Both the position numbers and the translations under genes were made by a program. From positions 115,609 through 179,608 of IMG/VR virus record IMGVR_UViG_3300020183_000007: a DNA stretch of 64,000 nt, one strand, 5' to 3'. Origin of the DNA: a virus. Numbering within the stretch: the first letter of the stretch is position 1; each line of letters begins with the position of its first letter. Positions 8,845 through 18,339 of this stretch are shown piece by piece. The notes beneath the pieces were generated by a model, which was given only the letters and a program-made list of their open reading frames with translations, was not told the DNA's origin and made no database searches.

Positions 8845-8977
8845 TTATTTTTGCAATAGACAAACGGCCCGCTCAAAATTGTTGAAATTCTCTTTAGTTC
8901 AATCAAAGTTTTAAAACAAATTCATTTGAATTGCTTTCTCAAAACGAAATAATTATTCAAAAACGAAAGGAAAATTT

Positions 8978-9328
8978 ATGAATATTTCTCTTAATCGAGA
9001 TTGGATATCTTTTTTAAATTCTTCTTCCTATGATCTTTCTACTCATAATTATTTTACCACTTTACAAAATGACTTTTGTGATGTGATTATTCCAGAGAAA
9101 AAAACTCTTATTTATAAGTTTGGCAAAGTTTCTCGTAAATTTATTTCTTTTTTTCAAAAATCAGAAACTAAAGCAACAGCACTGCTTACTTACTGGGCAC
9201 TTGAAACCGTTTTGTTTGGGGCTATTATGATTGCAGCCGCAAACATTTATTCATTTCTTGCTGCTCTATTTCTTTATTCTTACGGTACTTATGCTATTTT
9301 TAGTGCCATTAATACATTTGCGAAATAA
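8978..9328 (+). CDS. hypothetical membrane protein
   Basis: C-terminal hydrophobic helices; RBS AAGGA. Confidence 0.5.
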   Translation: MNISLNRDWISFLNSSSYDLSTHNYFTTLQNDFCDVIIPEKKTLIYKFGKVSRKFISFFQKSETKATALLTYWALETVLFGAIMIAAANIYSFLAALFLYSYGTYAIFSAINTFAK

Positions 9329-9333
9329 TTAAT

Positions 9334-9930
9334 ATGGCTTATGATCTAACTAAAATTAAAGAAGAATGTTTTATCATTGATGAAGAAATTAATATTATTC
9401 AAAATGTATTGATGGAAACTTCATCACGTGGAGCAAAATATCATCCAACAATAACCTTTTTTCAAGACGGTAAAACTCGTCAAGTAGCTGTTACGATACT
9501 ATCTCAACCTACTTTTAGTGAAACACTAATTCGTATTGCTGAAACGTTACATCTTTATCCATGTTTACGTTCTAGTTGTGCTGTCGTTTCTCTTGATTCT
9601 ACTATTCAAAATACTGATAATCAGTCTTTTGATTGTCTGCAAATTTTTCTAATTTCTGAATATCAAGGTTATATTATACAGCTTCCTTATACTAAGAATC
9701 AAGATAATACTATTCTTTGGCATACTGATCAATTTCAAACTGAAAATCTTTTATCCACAAATTTTGATGGTTTGACCAAAGATATGATTAATCTTTTTTT
9801 TACGTTTACCCATCTAAACGCTCCCACCTATACGGCCCACGAATGTTTATCTTATCTTAGTTATTCTGGGGCAGGTATAGCAGTTTTTGATTCCTTGAAA
9901 ATTGCATATTACGATGCAGTTTATCAATAA
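9334..9930 (+). CDS. hypothetical protein
   Basis: 198-aa ORF directly after the previous gene. Confidence 0.55.
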   Translation: MAYDLTKIKEECFIIDEEINIIQNVLMETSSRGAKYHPTITFFQDGKTRQVAVTILSQPTFSETLIRIAETLHLYPCLRSSCAVVSLDSTIQNTDNQSFDCLQIFLISEYQGYIIQLPYTKNQDNTILWHTDQFQTENLLSTNFDGLTKDMINLFFTFTHLNAPTYTAHECLSYLSYSGAGIAVFDSLKIAYYDAVYQ

Positions 9931-9954
9931 TATAAACAAATAATATATAAGAAC

Positions 9955-10002
9955 AATTAGTAACATCCTTAGGGAATGAATCAAAAAAGACGATTACTAA
10001 CG
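9955..10002 (+). repeat. orphan TIGR-type unit
   Basis: AATTAGTAACA-tccttagg-GAATGAATCA-aaaaagac-GATTACTAACG: same repeats and 8-nt spacing as the main array. Confidence 0.85.
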
Positions 10003-10201
10003 ATGCAGTAAGTGCTATGGAAAATAAAAATATTAAATATATTGCTGCCAAAAAGTGCAGTGCAACAAAATATCAAATTCCTCATATAATAAAATCATAT
10101 GTTATTATAGATCAGGAATTTGAAAATCGGATTAAAGATCTAATGGAATCCGAATATTATTTAACGGAATTAGAATTTAGTTGAACTGTAGGAAAAACAA
10201 T

Positions 10202-11875
10202 ATGTTGCAACTTAGACCATATCAGCAAGAAGCATTGAATTCTATTGTTTCTTTTGCTGATAAAGGAATAGTTCGTCAGCTTGTTGTTCTTCCTACTGGT
10301 TCAGGTAAAACTGTTATCTTTTCCCATCTTCCGCAGTTCAAACAAAAAAGCCTCCCTATGCTTGTTTTGGCCCATAGAGAAGAGCTTCTTCACCAAGCTA
10401 AAGATAAAATAGCCTGGTCCAATCCTGATATTTCTATTGAAATTGAACAAGGTGATAATCATGCGGGATACTCCGATGTCGTTATAGCTAGTGTGCCTAC
10501 TCTTGGTAGATCTCAGTCTACGCGCATAGAAAAATATTCTAGAGATTATTTTAAATCTATAATTATTGATGAAGCTCATCACGCTGCAGCTCCATCGTAT
10601 AGACGTATTATAGATTATTTTTCTCCAGAATTTATTCTTGGTGTAACTGCTACGCCTCAGCGTAGTGACAATGTTAGGCTTACCGATATTTTTCATGAAA
10701 TAGTTTATTATAAAACTATTCAAGATTTAATTGAAGACGGATACCTATCTCCTTTGATAGGATATAGAGTCCAAACCCAAACAGATATTTCAGGAGTAGA
10801 AACAAATGACGGAGACTACGTTCAATCCCAACTTCAAGATGTTATTGATAATCCTAATCGTAATGCTACCATTGTTGCTGCTTATAATGATTTGGTTCCT
10901 AATGCGAAAGCCATTGTTTTCGCTGCCGGCATTCAGCACGCAAACAACCTGGCCTTATCCTTTGGGCAAGCGAAAATAGCTACAGAGGTAATCTTAGGTG
11001 ATACTGACTCAGATGCTCGTAGAGATATTTTGGCGCGTTTTGCTAGCGGTCAAACACGTGTTCTCATCAATGTCGGCGTACTTACGGAAGGATTCGACGA
11101 ACCTTCCGTAGAAGCAATTTTACTTGCTAGACCTACCCGCTCTACATTGTTGTATACTCAAATTGTAGGCAGAGGTACTAGAATTTATGAAGGAAAACCA
11201 CATTGTGCAATTTTAGATTTCGCTGATACCACGAGGGGCAAAAAACCAATTGGTTTACCTTCCCTCCTCGGTCTTCCACCAGATTTTGATCTACAAGGTC
11301 AATCTCTTACAGATGTTGCAACTAAATATAAAGAGCTTGAAGATTATTGCCCTGGTGAAGCTGTACGTGTTTTATATCCTAATGATATAGAACTTGCGTA
11401 TAAACGCATTGATCTTTTTATGCCACCTCCTCCCAATGAGTTTGTTCAACAATATTCTAAATTTGTTTGGGCTGAAGTAGCAGAAAATGATTATCATCTT
11501 GGTGTAGATAATTATAATTCTCTCAGAATTTATATTGATACATTAGGTAGGTGGACTGTTGAGCATAGACTTCGTAATTCTCATGAATTGAAAGTAACTC
11601 TTCTCGGTCACCCAGAAGATATGCGAGACGCTTTTGTTCGTAGTGACAAATGGATTATGAAAAGATTTGATACTAAACTCATTAATTCTGATGCAGCCTG
11701 GAGATCTGATGGCCCAACTGATGCGCAAAGAAAACTTCTTAAGCGCATTGGTGTACCTATTACCTCAGATATGACTAAAGGCACAGCTTCTCAAATTATT
11801 AGTAAATATTATGAATCCAATCCTCGCCCTGCGTGGCTGAATAATAAAATCAAATATTCACGATCTAAGTGGTAA
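10202..11875 (+). CDS. superfamily 2 (DEAD/DEAH, ResIII-like) helicase
   Basis: LRPYQ, PTGSGKT, DEAHH, TATP, LTEGFDEP, QIVGRGTR motifs. Confidence 0.92.
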   Translation: MLQLRPYQQEALNSIVSFADKGIVRQLVVLPTGSGKTVIFSHLPQFKQKSLPMLVLAHREELLHQAKDKIAWSNPDISIEIEQGDNHAGYSDVVIASVPTLGRSQSTRIEKYSRDYFKSIIIDEAHHAAAPSYRRIIDYFSPEFILGVTATPQRSDNVRLTDIFHEIVYYKTIQDLIEDGYLSPLIGYRVQTQTDISGVETNDGDYVQSQLQDVIDNPNRNATIVAAYNDLVPNAKAIVFAAGIQHANNLALSFGQAKIATEVILGDTDSDARRDILARFASGQTRVLINVGVLTEGFDEPSVEAILLARPTRSTLLYTQIVGRGTRIYEGKPHCAILDFADTTRGKKPIGLPSLLGLPPDFDLQGQSLTDVATKYKELEDYCPGEAVRVLYPNDIELAYKRIDLFMPPPPNEFVQQYSKFVWAEVAENDYHLGVDNYNSLRIYIDTLGRWTVEHRLRNSHELKVTLLGHPEDMRDAFVRSDKWIMKRFDTKLINSDAAWRSDGPTDAQRKLLKRIGVPITSDMTKGTASQIISKYYESNPRPAWLNNKIKYSRSKW

Positions 11876-11884
11876 TCTGATATA

Positions 11885-12367
11885 ATGGAACCCATGTCAA
11901 AATCTGTAAATTATTATTCTCGTCAAGTAAAAAACCCTTATACTGATTATCATTTTATTGATGATACTCTCAGTAACAATGATATTTCTTTTTTATCTGC
12001 TACTACTAAGATTGCTACAACGTCCCAATATCGTTTCCGCATTGCTGCTATGATTGTCAAATCCGGTAGAGTATTGGGCGCTGATGTTAATGTTCCTAAA
12101 ATATCACCAAGTACACCCCCTAACAGAGTGAGCACTCATGCGGAAATTCGCGTTCTCAAAAACACACGTAACGTACGAGGAGCGACTTTGTATGTTGCTC
12201 GTTTACGTTCAGAGAATATTCCTGCTTTAGCAAGACCATGTTCTTGGTGCATGCAACAAATTGCTAAAGCAGGAATATCGCGAGTTGTTTTTACAACCAA
12301 TGATGGCGTAGGTTCTTCCTTTTATACCGATATGATTACTTGGAAGAATCTTTCTTATGATTCTTAA
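11885..12367 (+). CDS. cytidine/dCMP deaminase-like zinc enzyme
   Basis: HAE ... PCxxC (HAEIRVL, RPCSWC). Confidence 0.85.
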   Translation: MEPMSKSVNYYSRQVKNPYTDYHFIDDTLSNNDISFLSATTKIATTSQYRFRIAAMIVKSGRVLGADVNVPKISPSTPPNRVSTHAEIRVLKNTRNVRGATLYVARLRSENIPALARPCSWCMQQIAKAGISRVVFTTNDGVGSSFYTDMITWKNLSYDS

Positions 12368-12803
12368 TCAACCTCATATTATGATTTCACCAGAATTTTA
12401 TGATAATTCTGGTAAGGTGAAATCTTTACATATATCTCCGTTGATTAATCAAACTCCTTCTATCATGTATGATACATACGACAACGCTATATCGTATGTA
12501 TTCTCTTCTAGTAAAGTACAAATCTTACATCCACATCCGGATTTTTTAATCTGTTTTGATCCTCTTTTGCAATATTCTTTTCGTTATTCCAATTATGTTG
12601 CCACTCAATTGTTAAGATATTCTTTTTCTACATATTTTGGAGCGACTGTCAACGATGCTGTATACGGTGATATACTTATTTTTGGTTCTTTTAATTATAA
12701 AACACAGTTTCATGATAATTATTTTCATTCTGTCCCGTATCATATAGTTGAACAGGTCACAAGAATATATGAAAATTCCGCAAAATATTCCACGCACATC
12801 TAA
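12357..12803 (+). CDS. hypothetical protein
   Basis: 148-aa ORF overlapping the deaminase stop. Confidence 0.5.
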   Translation: MILNQPHIMISPEFYDNSGKVKSLHISPLINQTPSIMYDTYDNAISYVFSSSKVQILHPHPDFLICFDPLLQYSFRYSNYVATQLLRYSFSTYFGATVNDAVYGDILIFGSFNYKTQFHDNYFHSVPYHIVEQVTRIYENSAKYSTHI

Positions 12804-13009
12804 CAAAACTAAGCAATGTGTTGATTGTTCTGTAAAAGGTAAAGAAGTTTATTTTTCTAACAGATTTAAGAAAAATCTTTGTTTAAATTGTTTAACTAAA
12901 AATCTTCTTATTCAAATACGCCAAACTAAAAAGATTGATTAGTACAATCAAAAACAAGGGAGGGGGTTGTAGCAAATAATATAATATATATAATGTAAAG
13001 GGAAATAAT

Positions 13010-13234
13010 ATGTCACTTGCAGTAATCATTGGCTCAGAAATCGAAGATATTAATAATATCGAAAATACTATTGAGCTTTTAAAATTTACAAAGAACATTG
13101 TTTCTGACAGTGTTCTGTCCATGCCTAACAATAATAATATTGATTCAGAAAAGTTGGATAGCATTATTACTTGGTATACTGGTATCCATAATCTTCTTAC
13201 AGACCCTAGTTCATTTCCTACACACGAAGAATAA
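13010..13234 (+). CDS. hypothetical protein
   Basis: 74-aa ORF with RBS. Confidence 0.5.
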   Translation: MSLAVIIGSEIEDINNIENTIELLKFTKNIVSDSVLSMPNNNNIDSEKLDSIITWYTGIHNLLTDPSSFPTHEE

Positions 13235-13255
13235 AATAAGGGTTTCAAGGGTCTT

Positions 13256-13328
13256 GGGCCTGTAGCCCAACGGCAGAGGCAGAGGACTTAAAATCCTTCC
13301 AGTGTGGGTTCGAAACCCACCAGGCCCA
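13256..13328 (+). tRNA. tRNA-Leu(UAA), short variable arm
   Basis: GGGCCTG/CAGGCCC acceptor; GAGGA-CT TAA AA-TCCTT anticodon arm; GTGGG-TTCGAAA-CCCAC T arm. Confidence 0.93.
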
Positions 13329-13330
13329 CA

Positions 13331-13368
13331 GGATGGCAGGTTTCTACTCCTTCGGAAACCTGTCATCC
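13331..13368 (+). other. 14-bp hairpin between two tRNAs
   Basis: GGATGGCAGGTTTC-loop-GAAACCTGTCATCC. Confidence 0.6.
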
Positions 13369-13372
13369 GCCT

Positions 13373-13445
13373 GCCTCTTTAGCTCAGTTGGTAGAGCAGT
13401 GGACTTTTAATCCATTGGTCGCAGGTTCAAATCCTGCAGGAGGCA
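13373..13445 (+). tRNA. tRNA-Lys(UUU)
   Basis: Canonical cloverleaf, anticodon loop CT TTT AA. Confidence 0.95.
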
Positions 13446-13447
13446 CT

Positions 13448-13627
13448 ATGAAACCTAAACAATTTATTGATTTACCAGAAAATAAACAAAAAATGCTAAT
13501 TAAAAAAGCTTTTGATTATTTATGTCAAGAAGGTCTTGTCCCTTATGGTGTACAAACCGGTGATGATTGTACTTGGGACACTTATGATCCAGCTGTTGAA
13601 TTAGCAGCAGAATGGTATGAAGAATAG
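13448..13627 (+). CDS. small hypothetical protein
   Basis: ATG at 13448 directly after tRNA-Lys. Confidence 0.45.
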   Translation: MKPKQFIDLPENKQKMLIKKAFDYLCQEGLVPYGVQTGDDCTWDTYDPAVELAAEWYEE

Positions 13628-13638
13628 GAGTTATTCTT

Positions 13639-13842
13639 ATGAAAGTTAAAGTTAATTTAGATCTTGTTATGCATATTCCTGGTGAATTCCAAGATGATGA
13701 TTTAGCTGTCAAGCTTATTGATAGAGTTCTTCGTGACCAACTTTATGTTGGAGTAGAGTTTGATGATAATGATATGGACGATGTTCTTCCTGTTGAAGAA
13801 CTTCACATTAGAATGTATAAACCATTAGCAGGGAAACTTTAA
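13639..13842 (+). CDS. small acidic hypothetical protein
   Basis: AGGAG RBS. Confidence 0.55.
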   Translation: MKVKVNLDLVMHIPGEFQDDDLAVKLIDRVLRDQLYVGVEFDDNDMDDVLPVEELHIRMYKPLAGKL

Positions 13843-13872
13843 TTACATACAGAGACATGGAAATCGTATATT

Positions 13873-13946
13873 GGGGCGGTAGCTCAGTTGGTTAGAGCAG
13901 GGGACTCATAATCCCTGGGTCGCGGGTTCAATTCCTGCCCGCCCCA
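13873..13946 (+). tRNA. tRNA with CAU anticodon (elongator Met or lysidine-Ile2)
   Basis: GGGGCGG/CCGCCCC acceptor (G1-C72, so not initiator); loop CT CAT AA. Confidence 0.92.
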
Positions 13947-14439
13947 CTGAATGCTGTCGCAATTAAACATAAACTTGATATAGATTAATTTCATACCGAG
14001 ATACGAAATCTATTATCATGCGCAATCAATTTCATAACGCGTTGCTTAAATTGTAACAGAATTTATAATTTTGGAAACATAATCAATCATGAGTTGACTG
14101 GTACTGTTGCATACAATAGTACCAACAAATGAAATTAATAGTTCATTAGATAACTCAAAGTGAATCTATTATTCAATAGGTCAAACTAGGGTATTGTATT
14201 ATATTTCCTGGCTATTACACAATACGTAAAATTTTTTATAGACACGAAAGGCACCGTGGGTGAAGTAGTGTCTATAAAAACCTGTAGTGTTTGTTGTAAT
14301 AGTCAAAAACTAGGAGATAAAATGTCACTTGCTAAATTTAGAAAAGTATTTAAAGGTCATAAAAAACCTGATCCTCCTTCAACTAAGGTTTTTCCTGAAA
14401 ATACTGATCAAAAAAAACAAGGTGACAAATAGTCTCCTA

Positions 14440-14514
14440 GCCGAATTAGCTCAGTGGTAGAGCAACCGCCTTGTAAGCGGTAGGTCCTCAGTTCAATCCT
14501 GAGATTCGGCTCCA
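14440..14514 (+). tRNA. tRNA-Thr(UGU), CCA encoded
   Basis: GCCGAAT/ATTCGGC acceptor; loop CT TGT AA; 3' TCCA. Confidence 0.95.
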
Positions 14515-14631
14515 TGACAGTAGCCAATTTGCCTCAGTTCCCATAACTGGGGGGACGTGAAATCGTGTATAATGTTGGTGGACCCATATCTCCTCACGAC
14601 TACTGTCACCTTATTTTGAAAGGTTAATAAA

Positions 14632-15054
14632 ATGAAGAAAATTATTTTTTTTACTCTTCTTTTAGTTTCTTGTATTTTTACTGCTTCTTGCGGTGCTAAC
14701 AAATCTACAGATGAAACAATGCCACCTCTCACTACTGATCTGGATCGTGCATCTGATCAAACTGTCCTAATAACACAACCAATTATAACTTCTCCGTGGA
14801 CTCATCGCAATGAAGCTTATTTAGATTATGTTTGGCAAAACGCCGATGTTCCTATCAGTGTTCTTGACTTTAATCTTATGAGCTATGCAGAAATATGGTG
14901 CGATTTTATGCGTCGTGGAATGTCAAAAACTAATCTTCTTAATTGGATAAATGAAATGGCAACAGATCAAGAAGAAATTGATCTATGGCTTGTTACTGCT
15001 GAAGCTTCATCAATATTTGTTTGTTCTGATCAAGGATACAAATGGAATCCTTAA
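14632..15054 (+). CDS. putative lipoprotein
   Basis: MKK + hydrophobic stretch + FTASC lipobox-like motif. Confidence 0.6.
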   Translation: MKKIIFFTLLLVSCIFTASCGANKSTDETMPPLTTDLDRASDQTVLITQPIITSPWTHRNEAYLDYVWQNADVPISVLDFNLMSYAEIWCDFMRRGMSKTNLLNWINEMATDQEEIDLWLVTAEASSIFVCSDQGYKWNP

Positions 15055-15508
15055 TCGAATCAACCCGCTATAAACGAACCATTTCTTGGTTAGCTAACTA
15101 TATCAAAACTAATCCTAACGCTGATATGCATTTTCGTACTATTTGTTCTGTTCTCAGACAAGAAAAAAATTATTATATTAAGTGTGTATTGTTAGACAAT
15201 AAATATTTATACGGTTCATTTTTGGCTGCAGCTAGGGAAAGTATTAAAGAATGATTATTGTTACGGACAATCCAAATCACGCTGCAATCCTTTCTCATCG
15301 TAAGCCTGGTTATTTAGTTATGAAAGATAATTCTGTTATTAAATTTGACGAACTTTTATATTTTAATGACAATACAGAATGGATTGACCAGCAACCACCT
15401 TTTTATTATTATTGGAATAAAGCTGAAAATTTTCGTTCTGGAGTTTCTGTTTCCAATGTTCGATATATCTACTTTAAAGATGATCGAATATCCGAGGCTA
15501 GCATATAA
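15042..15508 (+). CDS. two small overlapping hypothetical proteins (15042-15254, 15251-15508)
   Basis: Consecutive + strand ORFs with overlapping stop/start codons. Confidence 0.45.
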
Positions 15509-15519
15509 ATTATTTGCTA

Positions 15520-15591
15520 GCCCTCGTCGTCTACTGGTTAAGACCCGACTCTTATAAAGTCGTTAAGGTGGTTCAATTCCACCCGGGGGTA
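15520..15591 (+). tRNA. tRNA-Ile(UAU)
   Basis: GCCCTCG/CGGGGGT acceptor; CGACT-CT TAT AA-AGTCG anticodon arm; GGTGG-TTCAATT-CCACC T arm. Confidence 0.85.
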
Positions 15592-15593
15592 CA

Positions 15594-15857
15594 ATGAATC
15601 CTTTACAATATTTTGATGAAGAATATTCTTCATTTGAAAAATCTATTAATACTGTTCTTTCTATTTTGATGCAATCTCATGACATATACGCAAAGATACA
15701 GACCATACAAAAAAGAATAAAAGCTGTTGATGAAAATAGCAAGCTTTCATTTCATGAAATGTCTTGTTTTTTAGATGATTTATCTCTTTTATCATCTTTG
15801 TCTTCCGAACTTTTATCTTCTATAGAAAAAATTAAATCTTCAATAGTTTTTAGATAG
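15594..15857 (+). CDS. hypothetical coiled-coil protein
   Basis: 87-aa ORF. Confidence 0.5.
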   Translation: MNPLQYFDEEYSSFEKSINTVLSILMQSHDIYAKIQTIQKRIKAVDENSKLSFHEMSCFLDDLSLLSSLSSELLSSIEKIKSSIVFR

Positions 15858-15864
15858 GAATTTA

Positions 15865-16314
15865 ATGAATTCTAATCCTGTTTCCCGTAGAAGTTTGCCT
15901 AAAAATATTGCTGACATTTACGATTCTTTTACCGATTTAACTTCTAAATGGAGAGAAAATGCTTTATGTAAAAATAGCGTTCTTTCTATGGAAGATTTCT
16001 TTTCTATCAATAGTGATAAAAAATCTGTCTATTCAGCTTCAAAAGCTATATCAATGTGTAATTCTTGTCCCGTTCAAGTTGAATGCCTACATGAATCTAT
16101 GAAATATAATTACGATGGCGTTTGGGGTGGGACACTATATCGTCAACGTATATATTTCATTAGAAACTATCTCAATAATGATCTTGCTAATCTGACTATG
16201 GAAAAAGCTAAAGAGTTCGTTCAAATGGCCAAAATCCAAAATCTTACACTTTTTAAAATTAAACGTAAATATCGCAGAAAGGCTGTACAGAAAGATGACT
16301 TACTTTCGCAATGA
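15865..16314 (+). CDS. whiB: WhiB-family Fe-S transcription factor
   Basis: WRENALC...FF...MCNSCPVQVECL...GVWGGT...QR. Confidence 0.88.
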   Translation: MNSNPVSRRSLPKNIADIYDSFTDLTSKWRENALCKNSVLSMEDFFSINSDKKSVYSASKAISMCNSCPVQVECLHESMKYNYDGVWGGTLYRQRIYFIRNYLNNDLANLTMEKAKEFVQMAKIQNLTLFKIKRKYRRKAVQKDDLLSQ

Positions 16315-17071
16315 CGATGATCTCTTTGATTATGACCCAGAGACAGATACCGATACAGAAGAAAGTGTTTCTGATTCACCTCAATCAGAACAACACTTTT
16401 CATCATCCTCGAACAAAAACAAAACTTTAGAAGATTTCATTTCTTCTGCTAAAGAATTCATAAATGAAATATCTTCAACTGAAATTTCTGCAATTGATGA
16501 GCGAAAGGTAAAACTTGCTACTAGTTTCCATGATGCTACTGCATTATATCATGAAAAAGTTCAAACTCCTGCTTACACTAAATCAGTAAGTATTGTTCTA
16601 AATACTTTGACTAATGGAGACTTTACTAAAATTCTAATGTTCAATCATAAAGAAGCTCTTATTCTTCAAAGACTTCGTTATTTATCTATGATGAATAAAA
16701 TTTTTTCTCAGTCAAATTTAGATCAAAGCGTTATTAAGGAACTCTTTGAATTTATGAATGTAGAATATTCCGTTGAACATGTGCAAATATTTTATTCTTC
16801 TTCTGTCAATATTTCTCGTTTTTGTTTAAATCTTGATAGACTTATATACAAATATTTGGGTGAAAAACTTAATCTTCCCATTAAACAAGAATTGCTTGAT
16901 GACACTTATATAAACGAACCAGATAAGTTTTTTGCTCAGCTTAATACTTCTGTTGTTGACGATTATGCATCTCAATCATATGGTTCTCTTTATGCTGAAA
17001 TGGCAAATGATGGTATTTTGCAAGGTCTTTCTAATATTTATAATATACCATTCAATTATAAGGCTAATTGA
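16295..17071 (+). CDS. hypothetical protein, acidic N-terminus
   Basis: 258-aa ORF. Confidence 0.6.
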   Translation: MTYFRNDDDLFDYDPETDTDTEESVSDSPQSEQHFSSSSNKNKTLEDFISSAKEFINEISSTEISAIDERKVKLATSFHDATALYHEKVQTPAYTKSVSIVLNTLTNGDFTKILMFNHKEALILQRLRYLSMMNKIFSQSNLDQSVIKELFEFMNVEYSVEHVQIFYSSSVNISRFCLNLDRLIYKYLGEKLNLPIKQELLDDTYINEPDKFFAQLNTSVVDDYASQSYGSLYAEMANDGILQGLSNIYNIPFNYKAN

Positions 17072-17532
17072 TGAAAAAAATAAAGCTTATTTTTCGTAAA
17101 GTTCCTAAAATTACATGGACTATATTTACTGCTTCCGCAGTGGCAGCAGTTAATTATTCTATAATTCACAGTTCATTTGTATTTTTCGCCATGCTTGTTT
17201 TATTTACTCATGAAATAGCTCATTATTTTATGGCCAAAAAGCTTGGTTCCAACCCATCTTTTCCTCTTTTTATACCACTGCCATTATTTGCTATAGCCTT
17301 TACTAGGGTTCCAGGTTTATCCAATGAGTCACAAATAAAAGTAGCCCTTTCGGGTCCTCTTGTAGGATTTTTAACTGCTTTTGTTTTATTTCTTTTAAAT
17401 ATTATTTTTAACTTCACTACTACAATAGGTCTCGCTGTATTAGCTATCGGTGAACTCTTTTTCAATTTTATGGGAACTGATGGCGCAAAATACCGAACCG
17501 CAAAAAGGAATATTGCATTATGCATCTCTTAA
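17071..17532 (+). CDS. peptidase M50 (site-2 protease)-like membrane protein, short form
   Basis: HEIAH (HExxH) in a TM helix and VALSGP motif. Confidence 0.7.
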   Translation: MKKIKLIFRKVPKITWTIFTASAVAAVNYSIIHSSFVFFAMLVLFTHEIAHYFMAKKLGSNPSFPLFIPLPLFAIAFTRVPGLSNESQIKVALSGPLVGFLTAFVLFLLNIIFNFTTTIGLAVLAIGELFFNFMGTDGAKYRTAKRNIALCIS

Positions 17533-18319
17533 TACTTCCCTTTATTTTAGCTGGTGTAAGTGCTAAGGTCATTAATAATAGACTGAAAAACAAAACCCCA
17601 GAAAAACAAATTGATATTATATTGGCTAGTTTCTTTACCACAGTAACACCACAACACTTTGGGGAATTCAATGAAAATATCCAAAATTCAAATAAAACAT
17701 CAAGAAGAAAGAGACAAAATACGCACTAAAATATCTAACTTTTTGGAAAATTCTTATTTTGACATACAGAGTCTCACTCCGGGAGCTGCAATAGACGAAC
17801 AGTATTTGGCTAGGGTACTTACAAAGTTAGCGATAGGATCTGCCACTGTATGGTGGTCTATACTAGAAATCAAAGATTTTATTGTTCTTCGTAAACTCAC
17901 TAAAGGAGTTAAACGTGACATATCCCAATAATCTTCCGCCATCTTCTAAAATCGCTATGGACAATTTCAACTTTTCTTTCTCAATGGCTAATAAAGCTAG
18001 TGTTGAAATACAAAAATCTTATGATGCCATTTCAGAAAGAATTCAAGCTATCGTAGAATCTGAAAAGTTTTATGTTTCTGGCATTCCTGTTCTCAAAAAT
18101 ATTCTTATGCTTGGCGGCACTAAGAATGATCTTAAAAAACTAGCCAAAGCTTTATCTCGTTTGGCGGATCTTGTTGATGTCCATGAAACTCTTGAAGGCA
18201 AAATGAGTCTTGTTAAAGTTATTAATGATGATCCTCATTGGTTTGCTTGGGCTTTTGGTGATTTTTCCAAAGACGTTGATGTGGGCATTGACAAGATTTT
18301 TAAAGAATTAGACAATTAA
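17520..18319 (+). CDS. three small hypothetical proteins (17520-17729, ~17680-17931, ~17927-18319)
   Basis: Overlapping + strand ORFs leading into the ubiquitin-like cassette. Confidence 0.4.
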
Positions 18320-18339
18320 ATTTATTTAAGGATTAAACA

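Noticed and set aside
8480-8845. tmRNA
   Set aside because: The 3' end resembles tmRNA, but no matching GGGG-type 5' end or tag ORF is visible 300-400 nt upstream; that region is the ParB-like coding sequence.
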